The notes: generated by a model not told the origin, from the sequence alone. Numbered from the whole stretch's first letter, positions 41,488 to 50,728 are shown. The stretch: DNA of 63,914 nt, filler included, from Candidatus Hydrogenedentota bacterium (GCA_040752395.1; 17 parts of 17 records of this genome joined end to end with filler, not necessarily neighbours in it); one strand, 5' to 3'. Numbers and translations: made by a program.

Positions 41488-41573
41488 ATGAAATTTATTG
41501 TAACAATTGATCGGGATGAGGATGGCATGTTCGTAATAGAATGTTCTTCTATCCCTGGATGTGTAAGTCAAGG
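41488..41573 (+). CDS. HicB-family antitoxin, partial (next cassette)
   Basis: MKFIVTIDRDEDGMFVIECSSIPGCVSQG after AGGAG. Confidence 0.8.
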
Positions 41574-41702
41574 NNNNNNNNNNNNNNNNNNNNNNNNNNN
41601 NNNNNNNNNNNNNNNNNTTAATTAATTAANNNNNNNNNNNNNNNNNNNNNNNNNNNNNNNNNNNNNNNNNNNNTATAACTATGATTAAATAGATGATACT
41701 CT

Positions 41703-42125
41703 TCAATTTTTACCTCTCTTTTTCAACTCTTCTGCTGCCTTATCAAGAACACCATTGACAAACTTCCCTGAATCTTCTGTCCCGAATCGTTTAGCTATCT
41801 CTATACATTCGTTGATCACAACCTTTAAAGGGGTATTAATCTCTGAAAAGAACATTTCACCTATCCCGAGTCTTAAAACCGTTTTATCAGTGATAACAAG
41901 CCTCTCAAGATTCCAATGTTCGATATGCTTTTTAATCATTTCATCTATTTTTTTTATGTTATCTATAACCGCTCCAACCAGATTATAAAAGAAATCCCTA
42001 TCCTTTTCAGAGAGGCCTTTATCACTTATAAACTCTTCCAATTCAGAAGCGTTTTTCGTTTTTTTAAAATCGAGCCTAAAAAGAAACTGAAAGACAAGTA
42101 CTCTTGCATACGTTCTTGTTGACAT
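41703..42125 (-). CDS. nusB: Transcription antitermination factor NusB
   Basis: VVINECIEIAKRFG...FVNGVLD; downstream of ribH. Confidence 0.95.
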   Translation of the reverse strand: MSTRTYARVLVFQFLFRLDFKKTKNASELEEFISDKGLSEKDRDFFYNLVGAVIDNIKKIDEMIKKHIEHWNLERLVITDKTVLRLGIGEMFFSEINTPLKVVINECIEIAKRFGTEDSGKFVNGVLDKAAEELKKRGKN

Positions 42126-42126
42126 A

Positions 42127-42591
42127 CTATAATTGTTTATAAATATTTATCATCTCCACACAAGAAAGTGCGGCTTCAAAACCCTTGTTCCCTGCTTTTG
42201 TTCCTGCTCGCTCAATAGCTTGTTCAATAGTATCAGATGTTAAGACACCGTAAATAACAGGTTTAGCTCCCTGTAATCCAAGTTGTGCGATACCTTTAGT
42301 AACCTCTGAAGCTATATATTCAAAATGTGGTGTAGCCCCACGTATCACTGCACCCAGGGCTATAACACCATCTATATCTTTCCTATCAACAAGTTTTTTA
42401 CAAACAGCAGATATCTCAAAAGAGCCCGGCACCCAGCACACGAGAATATCTTTATCAGCTACTCCTAATCGCTGTAGCCCATCAAGACATCCGCTTAATA
42501 ATTTAGACGTGATAAACTCATTAAATCTACTCACAACTATACCAATCTTCGTTCCTTTACCATCAAGTTTACCTGTAATCTCTTTAGCCAT
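42127..42591 (-). CDS. ribH: 6,7-dimethyl-8-ribityllumazine synthase
   Basis: [24 protein letters not shown]. Confidence 0.97.
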   Translation of the reverse strand: MAKEITGKLDGKGTKIGIVVSRFNEFITSKLLSGCLDGLQRLGVADKDILVCWVPGSFEISAVCKKLVDRKDIDGVIALGAVIRGATPHFEYIASEVTKGIAQLGLQGAKPVIYGVLTSDTIEQAIERAGTKAGNKGFEAALSCVEMINIYKQL

Positions 42592-42600
42592 TTTTTAATA

Positions 42601-42848
42601 CCTCCTCTGAAAAACGCTGTAACTCTAATAATATCAAATAGAAGCAAGATAACGGAAGAAGTGAGAAGTATCAGGACAGGCTACAGGCTCCGGACCACAG
42701 CCGGCTGGAGCCAAAGGCCAAAAGCCTGCTGAAAAGTCTTGAGTCTTGAGTCTTGAGTCTTGAGTCTTGAGTCCTGTTTTGACTCACGACTTGCGACTCA
42801 CGACTCTTTTCATATCATCTTTAGTTTTTTACACGTTGTGTAGAGTGC
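42601..42848 (-). repeat. Leader element copy 9 (between ychF and ribH)
   Basis: GACTCAA x5; ends CAGAGGAGG, 9 nt before the ribH ATG. Confidence 0.95.
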
Positions 42849-42915
42849 TGAAGTAATATTATCATTTTCACAATATTATTTCAATAAATAATTTGTATTT
42901 CTGATTACAATAATA

Positions 42916-43986
42916 TCAGGAGGACGAGAATCGTATTCTTATTATATCACCGTCTTTAACTATATAGTCCTTACCCTCTACACGCAATAACCCTTTTTCG
43001 CGGGCATGCTGTTCGCCACCGACCTCAATAAAGTCCCGATAGTTAATGACCTCTGCGCGAATAAACCCTTTTTCAAAATCACTGTGTACTTTACCTGCTG
43101 CTTTCTGAACCCTTGTATTTTCTTCAACTGTCCAGGCATGTGCTTCATTATGTCCGACAATAGTAAAAAATGTGATTAATTTTAAAATTTTATATCCTTG
43201 CTGTATCACAGAGATTAAAGAGTCTTTATCTAAACCTAATTCTTTTCTCATCTCATCTCTATCCTTTTCATCAAATTCATTTAATTCCTGTTCAAGTCTT
43301 CCTTTTAAAAGAATAACTTCTCTTTTCTTGTTTCTTATATACTCCTTTATCTCTTTTATATACTCATCCCCTCCGGTATCTGGAAGATTTAGAATATACA
43401 TAGCAGGTTTTAGCGTTAATAAATTCAGCTCCTTTAGTTCGTCATCAACATCTTCAATAGTTTTCAGTTCAGAAACGCATTTTAATACATTTTCAAAATA
43501 TATTATTCTTTCTTTTAATTTCGGGTTAGTCTTTGACTCTCGTTTTAGCGAATTTACTTTTTTATCTAACGTCTCAATATCTTTCATTGCCAATTCTGTT
43601 TCTACAAGTTCAATATCTCTTTTGGGATTGATGCTTCCTTCTGGATGTGATACGTTTTCATCTTCAAAACATCTTACAATATGTAAAATAGCATCAACAT
43701 CACGGATATGGGATAAAAACTTATTGCCTAAGCCTTCACCTTTATGCGCTCCTCTAACAAGGCCTGCGATATCAACGATTTTTAATGTTGTATAAACTTT
43801 CTTCTGTGGTTTAATTATTTCACATATCAAATCAAGTCTTTGATCTTTTACAGGCACTATAGCGACATTGGGTTCAACTGTGCTGAATGTATAGGGTGCT
43901 ATTTCGCAGGCCACATTGGACAAGGCATTGAAAATAGTAGATTTACCCGCATTCGGTAACCCAACAATTCCACAACTAAAACCCAT
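42916..43986 (-). CDS. ychF: Redox-regulated ATPase YchF
   Basis: GLPNAGKST, DIAGLVRGAHKGEGLGNKFL, TGS domain. Confidence 0.95.
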   Translation of the reverse strand: MGFSCGIVGLPNAGKSTIFNALSNVACEIAPYTFSTVEPNVAIVPVKDQRLDLICEIIKPQKKVYTTLKIVDIAGLVRGAHKGEGLGNKFLSHIRDVDAILHIVRCFEDENVSHPEGSINPKRDIELVETELAMKDIETLDKKVNSLKRESKTNPKLKERIIYFENVLKCVSELKTIEDVDDELKELNLLTLKPAMYILNLPDTGGDEYIKEIKEYIRNKKREVILLKGRLEQELNEFDEKDRDEMRKELGLDKDSLISVIQQGYKILKLITFFTIVGHNEAHAWTVEENTRVQKAAGKVHSDFEKGFIRAEVINYRDFIEVGGEQHAREKGLLRVEGKDYIVKDGDIIRIRFSSS

Positions 43987-44135
43987 AATATATCCTTATG
44001 AAGCAAGAAGCAAGATATTCGGTTATCGGTGAACCGAACACCGAACTTAAGAACTCCACCGAAAACTAAAAAAATATATTATAACTAAAAAAATTTTATT
44101 TACAATAAATTTTTAAATAATAAAATAAATGTATT

Positions 44136-44457
44136 ATGAAACTTAAAAAGAAAACCAAAGTGCTTATTCCGGCCGTGCGTGCGGAAAACAGGCTTGCCGT
44201 GGGAAACAAGCACCAACAAGGACGCAAGGTGCTTATTATAAAAATCGGGTTCTCAGAGTTTCTTGATAATCGGGTTGAAACAACGATAAGTTTAGGAGAC
44301 ATTTTAAGAAGTACCAGTATTTTACATCTTTTTAGAAACGATGTTGTCACTCTTCTAACAGCTAAAGAGGGGCTGATCCTGTTAGAAGGTAACCCTTATA
44401 TAAAGCGACTCCTTACCTATGATTTAACAACAATTCTCCAACTTCAGGCTGAACATT
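44136..44457 (+). CDS. GT9-like protein, partial, with a 69-bp in-frame insertion
   Basis: KVLIIKIG...LGDILRSTSIL...NPYIKR. Confidence 0.7.
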
Positions 44458-44557
44458 NNNNNNNNNNNNNNNNNNNNNNNNNNNNNNNNNNNNNNNNNNN
44501 NTTAATTAATTAANNNNNNNNNNNNNNNNNNNNNNNNNNNNNNNNNNNNNNNNNNNN

Positions 44558-44677
44558 GTTGGAATCTATATTTACTTTATTATTAAACTCAAGTCCTGAA
44601 ACAACAGTGCCGGTTATCACCCAGGCTCCTGAAAAAATAAAACAAAACAAAATAATAATTGAAAACTTATATTTCAT
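44558..44677 (-). CDS. Exported protein, N-terminal fragment
   Basis: MKYKFSIIILFCFIFSGA after AAGGAG; runs into the gap. Confidence 0.55.
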
Positions 44678-44698
44678 ACTCCTTCCTCTTACTATTAG

Positions 44699-46141
44699 CT
44701 ATAACAGCGGGACCGCAATCAAGCTATGTAATAAATCTAAATTATTATCGACATTTTTAGCTGTTTCCTTTAAAAACTTAGGCAAAGCTCTGTAATTTAA
44801 AAATGATTCCTTTAATCTTAAAATAAAATCAGAATCAGCCCTTGATAATAAATACTCTTTTATAAACTCTTTACCAGATTCGCAAGATAATTTTACATTT
44901 CGATATTTACTTATCTCTTTTCTTATTTTAGCTATTCGAGATAAAGTTTCAAGCGGATTTATCTCTATTTTTTCAAAAGGTGTCCAGGGCTTTGGTACAA
45001 AACCACTTATGCTAAAATGTATTCTACATTTTAACCCTCTCAATAGTTTTGCTATCTCTACTATTGCCATAATATCCTCATCCTCCTCATAGGGTAAACC
45101 TACAATAAAGTAAAATTTTATATTTTTAAATCCCATATTAGCCAAATTTTGTGCCAATCCCATTATCTCATCTAAAGAAAAATATTTGTCTATAATCTTA
45201 CTCATTCTTGCGGTACCAACCTCAGGTGCCAAAGTAATTGTTTTTACATTGAGTTTTTTAAGTTTTTCAACAATAAGAAGGTCTTTAATCAGCTCAAATC
45301 TTAGACTTGAAAAACCAGTAATATACCTTGATTGTATAAGATAGTCTAAAATCATATTCAGTTCTCTATCAGGTCTGATATCAGAGCCGATTATCCCCAA
45401 TTTTTTAGGGAAGTCTTTGCAAAAATCAGACTCTATCAGTTTAATAAAACTTAAAGCATCCCTCTGCCTTCTACTTCCTGTATAATTGCCTGTAACACAG
45501 AATTTACATTTAGAGCTGCATCCCCGGCTAAATTCTACGAGCGTTGTATTAGAGAAAACAGTATTGGCAGATATAACCTGTGATAGGGTATGGATTTTAT
45601 TTAAATCTTTTACTCTCTCAGGTTTTTTAGGATATTTTTCATTTATGTTAAACCCTATAAAATATTCTTCGTTAATAGCCCATTCTATAAAATCTCTTTT
45701 CTTTAATCTTAGAAGATTATAAAGTATCGTCTCTAATCTTTCATCTACCTCCCCTAAATAAATAAGATCAACTATATCCTTGATAAGTAAAGGGTTCATA
45801 GTAACAGCAACGCCGCCAGCAATTATAAGATTGGTTCTTTTATTTACACCCATTCCTGAGGCTTCCAAAATGTCGATAAAATTCAGTATTAAATTTTCAT
45901 ACGGGATTGATACAAATATTGTATTAAAAGATGATAACTTAGAACCGCTCTCGTCAGATGATACATTAAAGAATCTTTCAACATATATTCCGGGATTTTT
46001 TAAGAGTTGCTGATATAAATAAATAAACCCGAGATTTGACATAGCGACCCTGTAATCATCAGGATAAACAAGAGCTATTCTATGTTTTGATGGATTATTA
46101 AGATATTCAAAACCTGTTTTTTCAGGAAACTTTCTTTTCAC
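44699..46141 (-). CDS. Radical SAM protein
   Basis: RGCSSKCKFC CxxxCxxC motif; MSNLG, TLAPE, PKPWTPF. Confidence 0.88.
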   Translation of the reverse strand: MKRKFPEKTGFEYLNNPSKHRIALVYPDDYRVAMSNLGFIYLYQQLLKNPGIYVERFFNVSSDESGSKLSSFNTIFVSIPYENLILNFIDILEASGMGVNKRTNLIIAGGVAVTMNPLLIKDIVDLIYLGEVDERLETILYNLLRLKKRDFIEWAINEEYFIGFNINEKYPKKPERVKDLNKIHTLSQVISANTVFSNTTLVEFSRGCSSKCKFCVTGNYTGSRRQRDALSFIKLIESDFCKDFPKKLGIIGSDIRPDRELNMILDYLIQSRYITGFSSLRFELIKDLLIVEKLKKLNVKTITLAPEVGTARMSKIIDKYFSLDEIMGLAQNLANMGFKNIKFYFIVGLPYEEDEDIMAIVEIAKLLRGLKCRIHFSISGFVPKPWTPFEKIEINPLETLSRIAKIRKEISKYRNVKLSCESGKEFIKEYLLSRADSDFILRLKESFLNYRALPKFLKETAKNVDNNLDLLHSLIAVPLL

Positions 46142-47247
46142 TATTCAAAAACACTCGAAGCGATGTCTGAGAAGAACCCTTTCATAGCCATATGAAACGA
46201 ATCCGGTATCTCACTTGTCACGCGAGCATCTTCAAATTTTACGATGCCATCGTTCACAAGACTGACAAGGTCCTGGTCAAACGTCTGCATACCCTCATTT
46301 ACTGAATGATGAATTATACTCTTAATCATCTTGATCTTATTCTCGAAAATGAGTTTCTGCACAACAGGAGACATAAACATAATCTCACAAGTAGCTATCA
46401 AGCCGCTGCCGTCAGCTCGTGGTACAATCTTTTGAGCTACCACGGCTTTAAGAAATAAAGTAAGCTGTATCTTTACAAATTGATGCTGTTCGTGTGGGAA
46501 AAATTCTATTATTCGCTCAATTGTTTGAGCAGCATTATTTGTATGAAGCGTCGTAAGTACAAGATGTCCGGTCTCAGCAGCCTGCATCCCTGTCCTTATT
46601 GTCTCTACATCTCTTAACTCGCCAACAAGTATAACATCCGGGTCCTGCCTTAATGCAAATTTTAATGCTGTAGAAAAATCACTGCAATCAGTCCCTATCT
46701 CACGCTGGGTAACAATAGAATTTATATTTTTGTGAAGAAATTCTATGGGGTCTTCGATAGTCACGATATGGCAACGACGAGATTGATTTATTCTATGTAT
46801 TAAAGCAGCAAGAGTAGTTGATTTACCGCAGCCCGTAGGACCCACAACACAGACTAACCCTTGCCTGATATCAGCAATTCTGCCAATAGCCTGTGGAAGC
46901 TGCAGTTCTTCAAGGGTCGGTATTTTTAAGTTTATTTTTCTAACAACTATCCCTGGACTACCTCTGTTGAAAAAAACATTTGTTCTGAACCTGCCAAAAT
47001 CGTGGATACCAATAGATAAATCTACTTCCTCTCCTTTATTAAATCTCTCAAGCTGTTTCTCATTTAATATCTCTTTAACAAACCTCCATAGGTCTTCCTG
47101 TGTAAGTTTAGCTGAGTCTGTTTGATATATCTCGGTTCGTATACGGAAATATGGCGGACTCCCAACACGAAGATGTAAATCCGAGGCATCCTGCTCAACC
47201 ATTATCTGTAATAAATTCCTTATCTCCACACTTATAGAATCAGCCAT
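46141..47247 (-). CDS. PilT/PilU family retraction ATPase
   Basis: ASDLHL, GPTGCGKSTT, TIEDPIE, ALRQDPD, AETGHL. Confidence 0.93.
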   Translation of the reverse strand: MADSISVEIRNLLQIMVEQDASDLHLRVGSPPYFRIRTEIYQTDSAKLTQEDLWRFVKEILNEKQLERFNKGEEVDLSIGIHDFGRFRTNVFFNRGSPGIVVRKINLKIPTLEELQLPQAIGRIADIRQGLVCVVGPTGCGKSTTLAALIHRINQSRRCHIVTIEDPIEFLHKNINSIVTQREIGTDCSDFSTALKFALRQDPDVILVGELRDVETIRTGMQAAETGHLVLTTLHTNNAAQTIERIIEFFPHEQHQFVKIQLTLFLKAVVAQKIVPRADGSGLIATCEIMFMSPVVQKLIFENKIKMIKSIIHHSVNEGMQTFDQDLVSLVNDGIVKFEDARVTSEIPDSFHMAMKGFFSDIASSVFE

Positions 47248-47283
47248 ATTTTATCCTCTGACCAAACACCCTTAAGTTTGGCA

Positions 47284-47316
47284 CTACTCAATTACCTTCG
47301 TAACAACACCTGCACC
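47284..47316 (-). CDS. tuf: Elongation factor Tu, last 10 codons
   Basis: GAGVVTKVIE* at the contig edge. Confidence 0.75.
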   Translation of the reverse strand, partial: GAGVVTKVIE

Positions 47317-47546
47317 NNNNNNNNNNNNNNNNNNNNNNNNNNNNNNNNNNNNNNNNNNNNTTAATTAATTAANNNNNNNNNNNNNNNNNNNNNNNNNNNN
47401 NNNNNNNNNNNNNNNNTTTAAATTTGTCTTTGTCTCCCCTCTCCCTATCTACTCCTACTTCTACTTGGACTTGGACTTAAAATTGGAGAAAGGCAAAAAA
47501 ACCCCAAAAAATCGCATAACTCCTTGAAAATCAATAGGTTAAGTCA

Positions 47547-47574
47547 AGTTAACATAATACAGATTATCAGAAAT
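47547..47574 (-). other. dif-like XerC/XerD site
   Basis: ATTTCTGATAA-TCTGTA-TTATGTTAACT, 11-6-11 layout with a near-canonical XerD arm. Confidence 0.75.
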
Positions 47575-48110
47575 TAAATTTCATAAGTTCTTGATACTCA
47601 ATGACTTATGAAAACCCTAAAAGTTTTTTGAACCGCCTAAAAACAGACCCTCAGGGAGACCCTAGGGGGAAATCAGATAACCTTAGGGGTCTCCCATATC
47701 TCTAGTATTTGGTGGTGGAAAAAAGCTTAAGAAATCAAGGGAATTGCAAAATTGAACCAAGAAAGGCTAGGAAAATCAAGGGTTTCAAGAGAAGGTGTCA
47801 AAAAGGCTAGTAAAATCAAGGGTTTTAAGGGGAGGTGCTGTTTTTTTGGCTGATTTTATTGGTCTACTCGGTTAGTATTTTGTTAGTATCCTGTAAGTAA
47901 TTTTCATATCTCCTTCATTTTCAATAACTTACGCATTTCCAATTTTTGTCTTGCCTGTGAAAAAGTATCCTCAAAACCCCAATAAAATGATGCCCTAAAA
48001 CCCTAATAATATCAAGGGTTTCCAAGCCTTCCCAAAAAATCACTTGACAAACAAAAAAATAAACCCAAAACCTCAATAATATCAAGCCTTCGCAAAGCTA
48101 AAAAAAATAC

Positions 48111-48139
48111 TTGACAAAATCAAGAAAGCATAGTATAAT
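48111..48139 (+). promoter_or_regulatory. Consensus sigma70 promoter
   Basis: TTGACA-17nt-TATAAT. Confidence 0.85.
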
Positions 48140-48256
48140 ATAGATAGTTAGATTAAAATGGACACTAGACAAAATCAAGAATCCAAAAAAAATCAGGGGG
48201 ATTGCCTCTCCGTGTCTGGTGTCCAGCAATCCCCCATATATATGGAGGTGAAAAAA

Positions 48257-48670
48257 ATGGACACCGAGAAAAAACCCAAAGACAGAGAAAAGCTGTTCCG
48301 AGCAATTGCCCACCAATTAGCCTATCTGGACACTCCACAGGACATATACCAAGAATGTTGGGTAGCTCATCTTACCAATCCAGGAATGAGCTTATCCCTT
48401 ATAAAATGGCGAGTAATGGACGTATATCGCAACCGGCGCCAGAAACAGGATCAATGGATATCGTGGGATGATGAAGCCTACGAATATCTAACGGAAACTA
48501 TCCCGGCCCCGGAAGATGTAGAAGGCGAAACAACAGACACTGTCTGGCTAGAGGAATTGGCAGAAAAGGTAAAAATTGCTATCCGACAAAAAATCGGCAG
48601 AAGACAACTGGCTAGGATGTGGCACATCACGGAAAGGCAAGCAAGAAATCTTATTGAAGCGTTTGTTTAA
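48257..48670 (+). CDS. Sigma-factor-like/HTH protein, phage-type
   Basis: SD GGAGGTG; DIYQECW resembles sigma region 2; C-terminal HTH RRQLARMWHITERQAR. Confidence 0.5.
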   Translation: MDTEKKPKDREKLFRAIAHQLAYLDTPQDIYQECWVAHLTNPGMSLSLIKWRVMDVYRNRRQKQDQWISWDDEAYEYLTETIPAPEDVEGETTDTVWLEELAEKVKIAIRQKIGRRQLARMWHITERQARNLIEAFV

Positions 48671-48724
48671 AAAACTGGGACAGAATCCCAGCTAAAAATG
48701 CGTATATATAATGAGGTGATAAAA

Positions 48725-49024
48725 ATGACTAAAGAAGAAGCAATTAAGGCAATGAAAGATAAAACTCCTGTAATTTATACAGGGAAAGGAAGTTTAGGAA
48801 GGGCTCACATTTACCCAAATGGAAAATTAAGGGGTTCATTGAATAGTATTGGAATAATCAAAAAAGTAAGCCGTTCAACGGCTGATGTATATCCCGATAA
48901 TCAAAGCTACAGATTTCATTTGAAAGATTTACATTTTTGCACTTGTGAAGAATTAAAAATTGCTAAGGAATATAATAAAAAACATTATCCTGCATTAGTA
49001 TCAACAGGATATTTTACTTATTGA
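48725..49024 (+). CDS. Hypothetical phage-like protein
   Basis: GAGGTG SD, then MTKEEAIKAMK. Confidence 0.6.
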   Translation: MTKEEAIKAMKDKTPVIYTGKGSLGRAHIYPNGKLRGSLNSIGIIKKVSRSTADVYPDNQSYRFHLKDLHFCTCEELKIAKEYNKKHYPALVSTGYFTY

Positions 49025-49047
49025 TTGACATAAAAAATGCGTATATA

Positions 49048-49236
49048 ATGAAAAAACTATTATATCAAGTCATTTTCTGGCTTGCTAAACATTCACCCGA
49101 TGTCCTAGCCATCCCAATTGGAAGGTGGCTTCAAAAACGGCTTAATCAAGAAAGAAGGAAAGCCGTATTAAATGAGCTTGCCGACCTTCTTTTGAAGAAA
49201 AAAAGAATAAGAAAGGAGGTGAAAAACAATGATTAG
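49048..49236 (+). CDS. Hypothetical small protein
   Basis: Co-directional ORF in a tight small-gene array. Confidence 0.45.
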   Translation: MKKLLYQVIFWLAKHSPDVLAIPIGRWLQKRLNQERRKAVLNELADLLLKKKRIRKEVKNND

Positions 49237-49531
49237 AATTACGCTTACAGGGCATAGAGCACGGCAACCGTGGGTTGCCGAGCTTACAGGAACACATCCA
49301 AAATACCGATTTGCACGGCAATTTTTGCGGGCCGTAGCGGTAACCGGTAGATCGCCATACCAGGAATATATCTACGAACTGGAGGAAGACAAAATCTATC
49401 AAACTTCAAAGACTTACTCGTGGGGCAATCAAGATGTAAGAGAAATATTAACGGTATGCGATGATGGTATCAAGACCATTAAAGAAATTGAGGCTAGAGA
49501 CCTATTAATAAATAAGAAGGTGAAAAAATGA
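49229..49531 (+). CDS. Hypothetical phage-like protein
   Basis: Strong SD AGGAGGTG; PWVAELTG...KYRFARQFL. Confidence 0.65.
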   Translation: MIRITLTGHRARQPWVAELTGTHPKYRFARQFLRAVAVTGRSPYQEYIYELEEDKIYQTSKTYSWGNQDVREILTVCDDGIKTIKEIEARDLLINKKVKK

Positions 49532-49743
49532 CTACACAAGAGATATTGGCGGAGGCGGAGAAATTAGAGGCGGAGGCACGATTAGGAGATGCTTACGCCC
49601 AGCTAATGGAGCAGACAACAGTCAAGACTAATGGTCAATTTGGGCATTTACACAATCCGCTCCAATATGCTGCCCACCTAAATACTGCCGCTGCAAAGAG
49701 GCAAAAAGCAGCACAACTGAGAGCATCCATTACTGCTGATTAG
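49528..49743 (+). CDS. Hypothetical helical protein
   Basis: ATGA overlap with the preceding ORF; SD AAGGTG. Confidence 0.6.
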   Translation: MTTQEILAEAEKLEAEARLGDAYAQLMEQTTVKTNGQFGHLHNPLQYAAHLNTAAAKRQKAAQLRASITAD

Positions 49744-49805
49744 CCTCAGTGGCTCCTGACTCAGCCCATCGCCCCAGGGGCACGGTGGGCTGAGATGAGG
49801 GGCTA
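49741..49805. terminator. GC-rich nested hairpin
   Basis: CTCAGCCCATCG/CGGTGGGCTGAG stem inside TAGCC...GGCTA, followed by an A-run. Confidence 0.5.
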
Positions 49806-49992
49806 AAAAAAAGAGGATGAGAAATGAACGAACAGGGATAACAAAAATCGTAATCGGAGAATTTATGTGGGAAAAAGAAGATGATAAAAAAAGGTGGTTT
49901 GATTGGAAATATGGAAAATTGCCCTCTGAAAGGGCTGTAAAAGAGATTTTTGAAATAATAGACAATAGAAAGAAAAAAATTTTTAAAAACAC

Positions 49993-50021
49993 TTGACAAA
50001 ATGTTTTTCATATATTATAGT
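49993..50021 (+). promoter_or_regulatory. Sigma70 promoter
   Basis: TTGACA-17nt-TATAGT. Confidence 0.75.
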
Positions 50022-50135
50022 TTTGGTAGAATGGAAAGCAAGATTATAAATCATAAACCTAGAAATTTTGGGGGTCTTTATGTTGCTTTCTTACCAAAGG
50101 CAATCTTGCTTTTCATTCGCCATAGAGACCCCTTT
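50022..50135 (+). ncRNA. Structured leader resembling C4/CI antisense architecture
   Basis: Outer stem GGGGTCTTTATG/CATAGAGACCCC whose internal segments are complementary to 50022-50045. Confidence 0.5.
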
Positions 50136-50304
50136 GTTTTATAATGATAAATGATAGCCGAGATAATTCACAAANNNNNNNNNNNNNNNNNNNNNNNNNN
50201 NNNNNNNNNNNNNNNNNNTTAATTAATTAANNNNNNNNNNNNNNNNNNNNNNNNNNNNNNNNNNNNNNNNNNNNATTACTATTTCGCTACCCAATTGGAT
50301 AAAT

Positions 50305-50568
50305 CCTCCTCTGAAAAACGCTGTAACTCTAATAATCCGGGGTACAGGCTACAGGCTACGGACTACAGCCGGCTGGAGCCAAAAGCCAAAAGCCTGCTGA
50401 AAAGTCTTGAGTCTTGAGTCTCGAGTCCTGTTTTGACTCACGACTTGCGACTTTTGACTCTTTTCATACTTTGTGCCTCTGTGCCTTTCCTGTAGAGTAG
50501 AGCGCAAAAACGCAATAACCCAATAACCCAAGAACCCAATAGTGTAGAGCGCAACCCGCGCTCATAAG
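50305..50568 (-). repeat. Leader element copy 10
   Basis: ATGAGCGCGGGTTGCGCTCTACAC through TTTTTCAGAGGAGG; the downstream gene is lost in the gap. Confidence 0.95.
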
Positions 50569-50728
50569 TACTTTATACTTTTAAATTCTTTACCACCGCA
50601 CCAATCTCTTTAGATAGGTATTTATTCTATGCTACAATCTTTAAATTGTCAAGAGTATGCTTTGTCTGATGGAATACGTCTTATTAATCAGTTGACTTTT
50701 TTATGGGATATTTTATCTTAAATATAAT

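Noticed and set aside
42601-42848. FMN riboswitch upstream of ribH
   Set aside because: No FMN aptamer motifs. The sequence is the dispersed element found before unrelated genes.
43172-43795. 207-aa plus-strand ORF and similar antisense ORFs (e.g. 53611-54165, 19038-19445)
   Set aside because: Antisense shadows of well-supported genes.
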